The notes under the pieces: generated by a model
Told to the model about the DNA's origin: nothing
Database searches by the model: none
What the model saw: the letters and a program-made list of their open reading frames with translations, nothing else
Position numbers and translations under genes: made by a program
Shown here: piece after piece, positions 1 to 9,784 of the stretch
How positions within the stretch are numbered: the stretch's first letter is position 1
How the letters are laid out: the number at the start of each line of letters is the position of its first letter
Assembly: GCA_050305635.1 (NCBI GenBank)
Contig: JBNLFS010000057.1
Location: 11,347 to 75,346, forward strand
Direction of reading: 5' to 3'
Source of the DNA: Candidatus Thiodiazotropha sp.
GTDB lineage: Bacteria > Pseudomonadota > Gammaproteobacteria > Chromatiales > Chromatiaceae
Length of the DNA stretch: 64,000 bases

Positions 1-413
1 GGCATCCGCTCGAACATTCCCGGATAGCCGGGGCTGATGGCGAGATTGCCGGACTCCCAATAGCGGTTACCGGTCACCGCAAAGGATTTGAACAGGGAGG
101 CCAGCCGCAAGGTCACGTCCACCCGGGTGACCGGGCGACCGCCCGGGGCGTAGGCGCTGCCATTGAGCAGCACATCGCAGAGGGGTTTGTAGGGGGCGAA
201 ATCGGTTTCGTAGAGCGGTGCGGAGAGCCCTGGTTCTCCGTTGAACTGATCCGCGGTGATCAGCGGCTTCTGAACATCCGCCCGGGATACCGGTCCATGA
301 CGCTGCGGAATCGTGAAGGTGCCCTTGACCACGACCACCAGCAATTCCCGGCCGTCGGGGCGCATTCCCATACAGAGACTGGCGGGCATGCCTGTGGCGT
401 TGAGCAGTTGCAT
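1..413 (-). CDS. DUF2169 family protein (T6SS/contractile-injection effector adaptor), runs off the left edge
   Basis: Manual translation from ATG at 413: MQLLNATGMPASLCMGMRPDGRELLVVVVKGTFTIP...ADQFNGEPGLSAPLYETDFAPYKPLCDVLLNGSAYAPGGRPVTRVDV...KSFAVTGNRYW. LVVVVKGTF, DFAPxKPxCDV and V.GxRxW are typical of DUF2169. Absent from the ORF track because it has no stop in the window. Confidence 0.85.
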   Translation of the reverse strand, partial: MQLLNATGMPASLCMGMRPDGRELLVVVVKGTFTIPQRHGPVSRADVQKPLITADQFNGEPGLSAPLYETDFAPYKPLCDVLLNGSAYAPGGRPVTRVDVTLRLASLFKSFAVTGNRYWESGNLAISPGYPGMFERM

Positions 414-582
414 CCGGTGTTGGCTATCGTGGCAGTCGATTTGTATTCCAAGGGTACCCGGTCACATCGCGGTGCGGACCGACCTTAACCGGTTCAGGAC
501 CCAAGGGTCCAAGGTGCGGTTATTATACTGTTTCACAAAGCATAACCTCTTTTCGAAGGCTTTCCAGGGCAATATTCCCGCT

Positions 583-1929
583 TCAGCGTTGCACCACACC
601 CTGTTGCGCTTCGCTCCAGCACCAGATCGGTTCACCACTGCGGTTATGCACTCCGCCCCACCAGCGGTCATAGGGATTGTCATCCAGCCAGCAGGCCTCT
701 CCGAGCAACAGCGACTCGCCGTAGGCTGTCAGGTCTACCTGCCAGTCAACGGGTTTGTCGGAGCCCTTGTTCAGGGTAATGGCGGGTCTGGCCGCCTCGG
801 CCAGTTCCCTGAGCAGCAGCCAGTAGCTGATATCGCCCATGAACACCAGGGGTTCGTAGATCGTGGTGTACCAGTGATAGAAGAGCCGGGTGGCCGGTTG
901 CGGTCCCTGGTCCCTGAGAATACTCAGGGTCAGACGCTCACTCAGGCTCTACCCGTCACGAACCCCGGGCAGTTCCTGGATATGCCGTTGCAGGGCGGGC
1001 AGAATCGGTGGAAAGGGAAAATCCGCCTGCTGGATGATCGCACTCATATTCTGAGGGGTAGCCTCGGTGTAGGCCTCCCAGCATTGCTGTGCGCAGCGCA
1101 GCTCAAGTTGGGTAATGGGTTGAAAATGGTCCCACAGCACCCGCATCGCCGAGGCGGGGAGTTGTCCCAGGCCGTTGAAACGCTGAACCCCGGGATATTG
1201 TCCGATGCACAGGTAGCGAATCCGTTCCGGTGCGAGATCATTCCGACTGAAATGATCGAGCAGTTTCAGGAACACCAGCACATCGTAGGCGTCCTGTTCG
1301 AACCAGCCGGCGATGACCGGGTATCGGTCCAGTTCCCCCAGGGACTGATACTGATCAGTGAACCCCGCATAGGCCTGATCGGGCGTTCTCCAGCCATTCC
1401 CGGCGATGAACTCACTGCGCAGGCGGACGAATTCATCGACATCCCGCATCGCCGGTACCGGCCCCTGAATGTAAGGATCGGAGAAACACAGATAATCACC
1501 CTCGAATCCGGCGATCGCCAGGGTGTCCCGGATATCGGTGCCGCAGCGGATATGCAGCACCGGACCCGGGGTATCCAATGCCACGGGGCTCCCTGCTGCG
1601 AGCATTTGCTCCGATCGCCCGGTCGCATCGATATGCTGCTCGAGTTTCTGCCAGGACGGCAATCCGTGTTCGCGGGCAATGATCTGTTGCGCATCGGCCA
1701 GAGTGACCGTTGCAGGTTGCAGGAGAGGATCACCGGGATACCGGGTAGCGCGTATCCCGTCATCACCCCGACGCAATGCCTCGAGCAGGTCCTTCGCCGC
1801 TGAACGACATTGCTGTAGCGAAAGTGTGTGTACCGCACGAGGATCATCGGCGGGAAGCCGGTGACGATGCTGGGCTTGATTGAGTGCAGACTGTCTCAGA
1901 TCGGGTAGGGATTGAATCATGTCTAGCAC
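583..1929 (-). pseudogene. DUF1835-domain protein with one in-frame TAG at 949-951
   Basis: ORFs 949..1929 (LHIRCGTDI, FSDPYIQGPV, WFEQDAYD, RFNGLGQL) and 583..846 (FMGD...RWWGGV) are in the same frame. Read-through gives ELPGVRDG*SLSERLTLSIL...EPLVFMGD, matching the family pattern DGLSLTE with TTG changed to TAG. Confidence 0.75.
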
Positions 1930-2227
1930 CTTGCGATCAAAATCAGTCTTATGGGATGGCGTCTGAAAAGTGATCTACTAACACCAACGGCTGCCGGCTG
2001 AAGCGTATCATGTCGGCAGGAAACATCGTCACTGGCTGTTACAGGCTAACCCATTTCTGTTTTGCTCGCATCGCGCATTGCTCCCATTCTCTGCCCCACC
2101 CAGAAACCTCTTCCAAATGAATGATTTTATGGATCAATGACTGGAGTCTTGTCAGCATCGTCATTCTGTATTGATCTCTACACTCAGGGCGAAGGGAGAT
2201 GTCTGGAGGGTTTGTACATTTCCGCAA

Positions 2228-2278
2228 TGCTTCGCATTCTGCCGGATCCCGGGTTCCACTTCGTTTCACCCGGGCTAC
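2228..2278. repeat. REP-type palindrome family B (ggatcccgggttccacttcgtttcacccgggctac)
   Basis: Near-identical copy at 14340-14374. Related copies lie at 35137-35272, and the flank tgcttcg(c/t)attctgccggatcccgg recurs at 45171-45195. Ends in CTAC (GTAG on the other strand). Confidence 0.75.
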
Positions 2279-2461
2279 GGGTGATGCTCGCTCTTTTTGA
2301 GATTCCCGTGTGGCCCGAGCAGCGGAACCCGGGAACATCCCTCCGAAGCTCCGGGGCTGGCTGTTTGAGCGCAGCAAGTTCCAAACCCGCCAGTTTTGTG
2401 AGCATCGCTGAGGTCCCCGAAGGGGCGGGATCGTTGGACGCCCTTTCGTTTTGTTGCTTTT

Positions 2462-2573
2462 CTCGTTCCCACGCTCCGCGTGGGAATGCAGCCCCGGGCT
2501 TGCTCATGCCGAACAAGTTTGGGTAATGCGATGTGATGTCGATAGGGATTCCCACGCAGAGCGTGGGAACGAG
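2462..2573. repeat. REPIN-like inverted doublet, family A (ctcgttcccacgctc(t/c)gcgtgggaatgca ... ttcccacgcagagcgtgggaacgag)
   Basis: 112-bp unit made of two inverted palindromic REPs; homologous units at 8235-8345 and 43330-43441. Confidence 0.85.
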
Positions 2574-2700
2574 ATGCATTTTCAAAACGTCCATCGGTGT
2601 GGTGAGCATCGTGGGTAATCAGGTTCATCATTGTTTACGGCTGCCTGTTTGAGGCGGTCAAAATACGCGTACCGCCTTTTCAAATATGGCCTGCCAAAGC

Positions 2701-4272
2701 TCACTCTTCGCCCTGCTCGAGAAGTGTCTGCTTGCGAAATACCGGCAGATCCGGCCCTGAGGTCTCCTGCAACTCCACCTGCTCGATCTTCTCGAAACGG
2801 GAGGTGATCTTGCGTGCCGAAACATTCACATCGCTGACATCCTGATGGGCCTGACCGATGTGCCGCGCCAGGCTGTCCATACGGCTCTGAAAACGGCCGA
2901 AATCCTGGGACAGCGCCCGCAGGTGCTCCTGAATGATATGCACCTGCTCGCGGGTGGCGGCATCCTTCATGACCGCACGCGCGGTGGTGAGTATCGCCAT
3001 CATAGTGGTCGGGGAGACCAGCCAGACCCGCTTGCGGAACGCCTCTTCCACCAGATCGGGAAAATGGGCATGGATCTCCGCGAACACCGCCTCGGCGGGA
3101 ATGAACATCACCGCGCCATCCGAGGTTTCTCCGGGAATGATGTAACGGATGGCAATATCGTCCATGTGTTTGCGGATATCCGCGCGGAACTGGCGTTGAG
3201 CCTGGACCCGGTCCGATTCGGCCAGCTGGTCATCGAGCATGCGCTGATAGGACTCCAGGGGGAACTTGGCGTCGATGACCACGTTTCCGGTGGGATCGGG
3301 CAGAAACAGGACACAGTCCGCGCGCTTTCCGTTACTCAGGGTATGCTGCAGGGCGAATCCCGATTCCGGCATCACGTTACGCACCAGGGCGGACAGCTGC
3401 ACCTCGCCAAAGGCGCCCCGGGAGCGTTTATCCGCCAGCACCTCCTGCAGGGAGACCACATTGCTGGACAGTTCGGTGATCTTTTTCTGCGCTTCATCGA
3501 TGCGGGTGAGGTGGGTCAGGACCTGCTGGAAGGTTTCGGTGGTCTTCTCGAACCCCTCATTGAGGCGCTTTTCCACCTGACCGCTGATCTCCCTGAGCCG
3601 CTGGTCCGTGGTCTCGGTCAAGCCGAGTACCCTTTTACCGAGATTGTCCGCGTGCTGGGCCAGGGCCTCCGCCACCTGCCTGCGTACCTCGGCCATACCC
3701 TCGTGCAGGGTCTCCTGCTGGCGTCGCATGCTGTGCAACTGGTGCTCATCAAACGCCTCCCGATGCTCGCGCAGGGCGCCGCTGAGGCGTTCCCCCAGTT
3801 CGGCCAGTTTCTCCTGCTGCTGCAGGCGACCGCCCGCCAGGTTCTCACCGACCGCTGTTTTCAGGGTCTCGAACTGCTCCAGCAATTCCAGGCGCAGGCG
3901 GCCCGCATCGCCGCCCAGATGTTGCTGCATTTCAGCGAATCGACGCTCCAGCGCCTGCAGCAGCCGTTCGGAACGCTCCTGCAGGCTCTGCTGCAGGGTG
4001 TGCAGCTGGCGCTGCTGGGCCAGCATGGCTTTGGCGATTCGCTCCGAGAGCAACTCCCGCAACGCACCCTGATCCTGCGTCAAACGACGCTCGAGTTCCT
4101 GCAGCTGATCCTGCTGAATCTGTTGTTGATGCAGCCGGGTCTGCTGATCCTTGAGCTGATTATCGAGCAGGCGCGCCAGCCAGGTCAGAATCCAGGCCAT
4201 CGAACCCAGACCGGTCAACCCAAGCACCAGCATCATCTGCTGAAAGGCTGTCATATGTATCCACCATTCCAT
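2701..4272 (-). CDS. rmuC: DNA recombination protein RmuC
   Basis: N-terminal TM, long coiled coil, RGAFGEVQL, IDAKFPLESY, YIIPGETSDGAVMFIPAEAVFAEI, WLVSPTT. Start taken at MEWWIH (uncertain). Confidence 0.93.
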   Translation of the reverse strand: MEWWIHMTAFQQMMLVLGLTGLGSMAWILTWLARLLDNQLKDQQTRLHQQQIQQDQLQELERRLTQDQGALRELLSERIAKAMLAQQRQLHTLQQSLQERSERLLQALERRFAEMQQHLGGDAGRLRLELLEQFETLKTAVGENLAGGRLQQQEKLAELGERLSGALREHREAFDEHQLHSMRRQQETLHEGMAEVRRQVAEALAQHADNLGKRVLGLTETTDQRLREISGQVEKRLNEGFEKTTETFQQVLTHLTRIDEAQKKITELSSNVVSLQEVLADKRSRGAFGEVQLSALVRNVMPESGFALQHTLSNGKRADCVLFLPDPTGNVVIDAKFPLESYQRMLDDQLAESDRVQAQRQFRADIRKHMDDIAIRYIIPGETSDGAVMFIPAEAVFAEIHAHFPDLVEEAFRKRVWLVSPTTMMAILTTARAVMKDAATREQVHIIQEHLRALSQDFGRFQSRMDSLARHIGQAHQDVSDVNVSARKITSRFEKIEQVELQETSGPDLPVFRKQTLLEQGEE

Positions 4273-4436
4273 GACCGGACTATACCCCATGAGTGGCTCA
4301 AAACCTGAGCCTGCCCCGGATTTGGCGCATTTCCCTGGGCTGACCGGGGTGGTCCCGGCTTGCATCCTGCCCCGGGAATCATTACTTTTTCGATTCTAAT
4401 CCTTTCTCCCAGCGACACTGACCAACCCGACATCCC

Positions 4437-5714
4437 ATGCGCATCCATCTGAAGACACTCGGTTGCCGTCTCAATGAGGCGGAGCTCGAGACCTGGAGCC
4501 GGGAGTTTCAGGCCCGCGGTCATCGCATGACCGAAACCCTCGACGAGGCCGACCTGGTGGTGGTCAACACCTGCGCGGTCACCCAGGAAGCGGTGCGCAA
4601 ATCAAAAAAACTGCTCAGCCGCAGCGGACGGGAGAACCCCCGGGCGCGTCTGGTGGTGAGCGGCTGTTACGCGACCCTGGAACCGGATGCCGCCCAGCAG
4701 ATCGAAGGCGTGGACCTGGTCGTGAACAACCGGGACAAGGCCCGTCTGGTGGAGATCATCGAGCAGAACCTGGATCTGCGCCAGATGCCGGAAGCCGCCA
4801 TGGAATCGCCGGTCTCAGGACTGCTCGATCGGGGACGGCAACGGGCGTTCATCAAGGTTCAGGACGGTTGTCGATACCGCTGCACCTTCTGCATCGTGAC
4901 CCTGGCCCGGGGCGAGGAACAGAGCCGCTCCGAAGCGGAAATCATCGAGGAGATCCAGCGGGTGCAGGGGGAAGGCATTCAGGAAGTGGTCCTCACCGGG
5001 GTGCATATCGGGGGTTATGGGTGCGACATCGGCAGCTCGCTGACCCGCCTGGTGGAGCAAATACTGCAGCAGACCACCCTGCCCCGTCTGCGCATCGGCT
5101 CCATCGAGCCCTGGGAACTGGACGAGGCCTTCTGGAGCCTGTTCGACAATCCGCGATTGATGCCCCATCTGCATCTTCCGTTGCAAAGCGGCTCGGACTC
5201 GGTGCTGCGACGCATGTCCCGACGCTGCCGCAGCGACGAGTTTCGCCTGCTGGTGGAGACGGCCCGTCAGCGGGTCGCCCATTTCAATGTCACCACGGAT
5301 ATCATCGTGGGGTTTCCCGGAGAGACCGAGGCGGAGTGGCAGGAGACCCTGGATTTTGTCGATGCCCTGGGTTTCGGTCATCTGCACATTTTCGGCTATT
5401 CACCGAGGCTGGGCACCAAAGCAGCCAGTCTGCCCGACCCGGTCAGCCGGGCGATCAAACGTCAACGTACCGAGGTCCTGCATCAGCTGGGTGAAAAACA
5501 CCGGCGGCAAACCCTGGAGCGCTTCATCGGACAGCGGGTCCCGATCCTGGTGGAGGGTTCGGCGGAACAGGGATGGAGCGGCTACACACCCAACTATCAG
5601 CGCGTGGAACTGATCGCGCCGGAAGGCATGGACCCGTTGAATCACATACTCAACTGCGAGCTACTGGAATTGTCCGCTTCTGGCGAAGCACTCATCGCAC
5701 GAATCTGCGATTGA
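4437..5714 (+). CDS. mtaB: tRNA t6A37 methylthiotransferase MtaB (radical SAM)
   Basis: TLGCRLNEAE, VNTCAVT, KVQDGCRYRCTFC (CxxxCxxC), HLHLPLQSGSD, DIIVGFPGET. Confidence 0.9.
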   Translation: MRIHLKTLGCRLNEAELETWSREFQARGHRMTETLDEADLVVVNTCAVTQEAVRKSKKLLSRSGRENPRARLVVSGCYATLEPDAAQQIEGVDLVVNNRDKARLVEIIEQNLDLRQMPEAAMESPVSGLLDRGRQRAFIKVQDGCRYRCTFCIVTLARGEEQSRSEAEIIEEIQRVQGEGIQEVVLTGVHIGGYGCDIGSSLTRLVEQILQQTTLPRLRIGSIEPWELDEAFWSLFDNPRLMPHLHLPLQSGSDSVLRRMSRRCRSDEFRLLVETARQRVAHFNVTTDIIVGFPGETEAEWQETLDFVDALGFGHLHIFGYSPRLGTKAASLPDPVSRAIKRQRTEVLHQLGEKHRRQTLERFIGQRVPILVEGSAEQGWSGYTPNYQRVELIAPEGMDPLNHILNCELLELSASGEALIARICD

Positions 5715-5786
5715 TCGGATTCACAAATCCGACTCGGATCGGCTGACGAGACCGGGCGACGCAGCCGCCGCCCGGATCCCTTAACT

Positions 5787-6776
5787 TCAAGGCCAGGTAT
5801 GGGTACTGCCCACCCCTTCGAAGGTCACCACATACTGGGTGCAACTGATGAACTCGACCGTTGCCACGGTGCCGTTTGCGCCCTGCATGCGAATCCGTCC
5901 TGCGTCGGGATGGCCATCGGAACAGCCGAAGGTGACCGGTATTTCGGTAGTGACTGTTACGTAACCGTAGTCAGGATCATAAACGCGCACCGATACGGAA
6001 TACCCGGAGCTGGCACTGCCGGAAACACTCACCTCGCTGACCCGGTAGGTGCGGTTATCGTAACCCCGATAGTCCGAATAGTACTCGCAACTCACATCGG
6101 TACCGTTGGTATTGCTGGCCGTGCAGGTCATGGACATGTTGAAGGTATTGGTGTAGTTGACCGTAGCGCTGTGTACCGAGACGGTGAAGTTCACGTAGCG
6201 GAACTCCAGACGATATCCGCCGCCGACTTCGGTATAGGTGCCTTCCACGGTACCGTCGAAGGTGCTGGAGTAACTGCCGCTGCCGTAATTCGCCGTACGC
6301 GTGCACTGGTTGTATTCCACACGCCAGTTTCCGGCCGTTCCGGAATCCGGGTACTCGATGATCAATGATCCGGTGTCGCAGACATTTTGGGACAGATCCT
6401 GCGTTCTCGCCGCGGTCACGCCACGGGCCGCCTGACCACTTGCGTCACCCTGCAGAATTCCGGCCATCCAGCCGGCGAACTCCTGCATGATTTCGTCACG
6501 ACTGACCGGAGCGTCACTACGTTGTCCCACAACCGGTACGCTGTCCGCATTGATTGCCTGTTTTGCGCCCGACGCGCCCGCCGTGGCCAGCTCCTTGGAA
6601 TTCTCACTGGTCAAAGTCGCCTCAGAGGTTTCTCCCGAGTAGTCCAGGGATGAGGTGGTCGTGGAACCGCCGCCGTCGTCACCGGTATTGTCATCGCCGC
6701 CCCCCCCGCCACCGCAGGCAGGCAGCAATGCCGCGATCAGCATGAAGGGTAAGATCTTTTTCGTTTTCATCCACAT
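5787..6776 (-). CDS. Hypothetical lipoprotein, Gly/Ser/Thr/Tyr-rich and probably beta-rich
   Basis: AGGAG RBS before ATG 6776; signal MKTKKILPFMLIAALLPA-C lipobox followed by a GGGGGGDD linker; several Cys. Confidence 0.75.
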   Translation of the reverse strand: MWMKTKKILPFMLIAALLPACGGGGGGDDNTGDDGGGSTTTSSLDYSGETSEATLTSENSKELATAGASGAKQAINADSVPVVGQRSDAPVSRDEIMQEFAGWMAGILQGDASGQAARGVTAARTQDLSQNVCDTGSLIIEYPDSGTAGNWRVEYNQCTRTANYGSGSYSSTFDGTVEGTYTEVGGGYRLEFRYVNFTVSVHSATVNYTNTFNMSMTCTASNTNGTDVSCEYYSDYRGYDNRTYRVSEVSVSGSASSGYSVSVRVYDPDYGYVTVTTEIPVTFGCSDGHPDAGRIRMQGANGTVATVEFISCTQYVVTFEGVGSTHTWP

Positions 6777-6816
6777 GACGACTCTCCTGATTGTTCCAGT
6801 AACGGGTAACACAGTA

Positions 6817-7359
6817 TCAGAGGCCTTCCAGCCTTGCATTATGTTGTTCGGCATCCAACCCATTGGCCAGGTAGGCGATTGAAATACCGGGCTTGCGCGT
6901 CCAACTCAGTTCGATGCGCCAGGCCTCGTCTGGAAGATGCCAGACCAGTTGCATCTGCCCCTCTCCGCGACGGATCGCTCCGATCTTCCCGGACAGGTTG
7001 CGCACGTAGTCGGGAAACAGGCTCTGATCCGCAGGCTGGCCGTACTTCTCCTGCAAATGGCGCTGAAGCTCCACAAAGGTAACTTGATTGCCCGGTTCAT
7101 AGGTACGCAGGATCTTGTAAATGTGATCCCGGTAGGACATTACATAGATCAGTTCCCGCTCGACCCGGTAAACCACGCCTCGACGATCCCCATCGGTCAC
7201 CGGCGCGGATTCCGGAGAACGCTCCCTGAGCAGTTGATTGAAACTGCCGCCCAGACAGTAATGGTCGAACACCACCCGGATACACTCCCCCATCGAGGGT
7301 TGGGCGAACACCAGGCCCGCGAGCGCCAAACTGCCGATCATCAAGCATCGTCTGACCAT
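6817..7359 (-). CDS. Hypothetical exported protein
   Basis: GGGGAG RBS; N-terminal hydrophobic signal (LMIGSLALAGLVFAQPSMG); overlaps the 3' end of the upstream Mut7-C gene. Confidence 0.65.
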   Translation of the reverse strand: MVRRCLMIGSLALAGLVFAQPSMGECIRVVFDHYCLGGSFNQLLRERSPESAPVTDGDRRGVVYRVERELIYVMSYRDHIYKILRTYEPGNQVTFVELQRHLQEKYGQPADQSLFPDYVRNLSGKIGAIRRGEGQMQLVWHLPDEAWRIELSWTRKPGISIAYLANGLDAEQHNARLEGL

Positions 7360-8105
7360 GAATCTCCCCTGTTACGCAACGCATCGACCCAGGCGGACAG
7401 TTGCCGGTAGTGACTGCCCTTCCAATAAACCTGTCCGCAGTTCCGGCAAAGCCAGAATTCATTATAGTGACGCCGCACCCGATTGGGCAGCCTGTCGGCA
7501 ATCCGTTCGGCATCGGCCGATAGGAGTTCACCGTTGCACAGGGTGCAGCGGCTGAAGGGCGCCAACTGCGCGATCAAATCAAAGCGCTCGACCACCTCCT
7601 GGAGTTGCTGATGAGGCTCGATCGCATGCACATAACAGCCATGGGTCAGCTCGCGGTGCATCAGAAGAGCCCGGTCACGAGTCAGCAGGACACGCTGCTC
7701 AGCGATGGAGCAATCGACCAGAGCGCGGTCCCCCGCGTCGTTGCGAAACCGGGTATCGAACCCCACCAGCCGCAGCAGCCGGGCCAGTTTGCCCAGATGC
7801 GCATCGGCGACGAATCGCGGGACTCTCAAAGGACGCTCCCGAAGTTTCAGCAAGGGAGAGACATCCAGCGCCTCGAACATGGGATAGACACTGATGCGAT
7901 CTCCCTCCCGCAGGGGGTAATCGAGGGCCACCGACCGGCCATTCACCAGGATGATCTCGATCTCCGTATGCGGCACGCCGAGCTTTTCGATCAAGTGCTT
8001 GACACTCTGCCCGGCCTGAAATACTTGCAGAGTATCGCGTTTTCGCAGAGCCGTGGGGAGAAAATCGTTCAGCTCCTCATAGAACCTCAGGGTGACCTCA
8101 GGCAT
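7341..8105 (-). CDS. Mut7-C RNase domain protein with N-terminal ubiquitin-like domain
   Basis: RFYEELNDFL, KHLIEKLGVPHTEI, FVADAHLGKLARLLRLVGFD, LLTRDRALL, RCTLCNG...CRNCGQVYWKGSHY. Confidence 0.9.
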   Translation of the reverse strand: MPEVTLRFYEELNDFLPTALRKRDTLQVFQAGQSVKHLIEKLGVPHTEIEIILVNGRSVALDYPLREGDRISVYPMFEALDVSPLLKLRERPLRVPRFVADAHLGKLARLLRLVGFDTRFRNDAGDRALVDCSIAEQRVLLTRDRALLMHRELTHGCYVHAIEPHQQLQEVVERFDLIAQLAPFSRCTLCNGELLSADAERIADRLPNRVRRHYNEFWLCRNCGQVYWKGSHYRQLSAWVDALRNRGDSWSDDA

Positions 8106-8234
8106 CTGACCCATCGACTTGATCGACAGTCGTGAGTAATGAATCCAAGCACCGGGAGCGCACATGGACATTTGGGGTTCCCGGGTAACCACAAGCAGTC
8201 GGGAGGCAAGGCATACACCACGAGGATACTGACA

Positions 8235-8345
8235 CTCGTTCCCACGCTCTGCGTGGGAATGCAGACCCAGGGTCCGGTGAAAATCCATGCCGGCTCCATG
8301 CCAGGGTACTTAGGTATGCGTTCCCACGCAGAGCGTGGGAACGAG
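8235..8345. repeat. REPIN-like inverted doublet, family A
   Basis: ctcgttcccacgctctgcgtgggaatgcagaccc ... cttaggtatgcgttcccacgcagagcgtgggaacgag (111 bp). Confidence 0.85.
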
Positions 8346-8388
8346 ACGTGAACATCAGGATGGCCTCAGGCATGGGATCGCCGGGGTG

Positions 8389-9204
8389 TCAGAAATCGAA
8401 TTCCGCCCACACCGGACAGTGATCCGAAGGCTTCTCCATGGCACGGATATCGTAGGCGATACCGACCTCGGTACAGGCGCTGATCAGGGGCCGGGTGGCC
8501 AGCATCAGGTCGATGCGCAGACCCCGCTTGGGCTCCCGTTCGAAGCCCCGGCTGCGGTAATCGAACCAGCTGAACCGGTCATCCACATCCGGCTTGAGGG
8601 TACGGAAGCTGTCCTGCAGCCCCCAATCCATGATGGCCTGCAGCCAGGCCCGCTCCTCGGGGAGAAAACTGCACTTGCCGGTCTTCAGCCAGCGTTTGGC
8701 GTTGTCCTCGCCAATGCCGATGTCCGTGTCCAGGGGCGCCACGTTCATGTCCCCCACCAGCAGCAGGGGCTCGTCCGGGCTGTGATGGGTCTGCAGGTAG
8801 CTGAGCAGATCAGCGTAGAATTTCTCCTTGGCGGGAAACTTCACCGCGTGGTCCCGGCTCTCCCCCTGGGGAAAGTAGCCGTTGATCACGCTGAATTCAC
8901 CCCCTTTGGGCGAACGGTAGCGACCCACGATGAGGCGGCGCTGGGCATCGTCCCCATCCGTGGGAAAACCCTTGCTCACCGCCAGGGGTTCGGTCTTGGA
9001 GAGCAGCGCCACCCCGTAGTGGGTCTTCTGACCGTGATAGCAGGCCCGGTAGTCCAGCGCCGCGATCATATCCAGGGGAAAATCCTGGTCCTGGACCTTG
9101 GACTCCTGAATCCCGATGACATCGGGGTCGTAGGCCGCTTTGAGCTGCTCCAGCTGATGGGCCCGGGCGCGGATCCCATTGGTGTTGAACGATACAATCC
9201 TCAC
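8389..9204 (-). CDS. xthA: Exodeoxyribonuclease III
   Basis: [59 protein letters not shown]. Confidence 0.96.
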   Translation of the reverse strand: MRIVSFNTNGIRARAHQLEQLKAAYDPDVIGIQESKVQDQDFPLDMIAALDYRACYHGQKTHYGVALLSKTEPLAVSKGFPTDGDDAQRRLIVGRYRSPKGGEFSVINGYFPQGESRDHAVKFPAKEKFYADLLSYLQTHHSPDEPLLLVGDMNVAPLDTDIGIGEDNAKRWLKTGKCSFLPEERAWLQAIMDWGLQDSFRTLKPDVDDRFSWFDYRSRGFEREPKRGLRIDLMLATRPLISACTEVGIAYDIRAMEKPSDHCPVWAEFDF

Positions 9205-9292
9205 AGGTGTTTGCCTCTGCTCTCAGGGTTATGGACGCATGACCGGGGGGGCGCCATGCAGGATGATATCAGGGGATCTGCGGAGAGTGGCC

Positions 9293-9598
9293 TCATCCCC
9301 GGGAGGGCAGAACCTCGAGGGTCTCCCCTTCCCCCATCTCGTAACCGTGCCGGTAGGCCTTGCCCCAGGGCAGAAAGGGACTCTCCTCGGAGACCGCTTG
9401 CGGGGCCGGGTTCAGCGCCTCCTGAACGCTCTGCGCGTACCCCTGCCGGTTCATCGCGGCGACCATGCCGTCCGCATAGCCCCGGTTGTACCAGAGCTGC
9501 AGATCCGCATCCTCCGGCGCCAGACCGGAGGTCTCCGCATAGAGGTTCTTTACCACCGGCAGGAGCCGCGAAAACACCTCTTCCCCCGATCGATTCAT
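9293..9598 (-). CDS. Small hypothetical protein
   Basis: Protein-like ORF (LWYNRGYADGM, PWGKAYRHGYEMG) filling the gap upstream of xthA; start chosen at MNRSGEE. Confidence 0.6.
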   Translation of the reverse strand: MNRSGEEVFSRLLPVVKNLYAETSGLAPEDADLQLWYNRGYADGMVAAMNRQGYAQSVQEALNPAPQAVSEESPFLPWGKAYRHGYEMGEGETLEVLPSRG

Positions 9599-9784
9599 CT
9601 GCCACCCATCCTGATCTGTCCTACTCCGCCCCAGGGACGGAACTCGAATTGAAACCATCGCAGAAGCCTACCACGGGCCATTCCCCATCACTACCCACCG
9701 GGCTTTTTCCTCACCCCCGGCCGGTTGTAATTCCGCCCCTGTGTAGCGATCATGGTCGCATATTCGGATGCAGGAACCTGAACC

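Noticed and set aside
949-951. Pyrrolysine or genetic-code reassignment of TAG
   Set aside because: The expected residue is Leu (TTG), there are no pyl genes in the window, and TAG serves as a normal stop elsewhere
313-1803. 496-aa plus-strand ORF
   Set aside because: Antisense shadow of the DUF1835/DUF2169 genes; no recognisable motifs
2039-2631. Several 110-140 aa ORFs on both strands
   Set aside because: They translate REP/MITE sequence (for example LVPTLCVG, SHALRGN, PGETKWNPG), and the same peptides recur at 8.1-8.4, 35.1-35.4 and 43.4 kb
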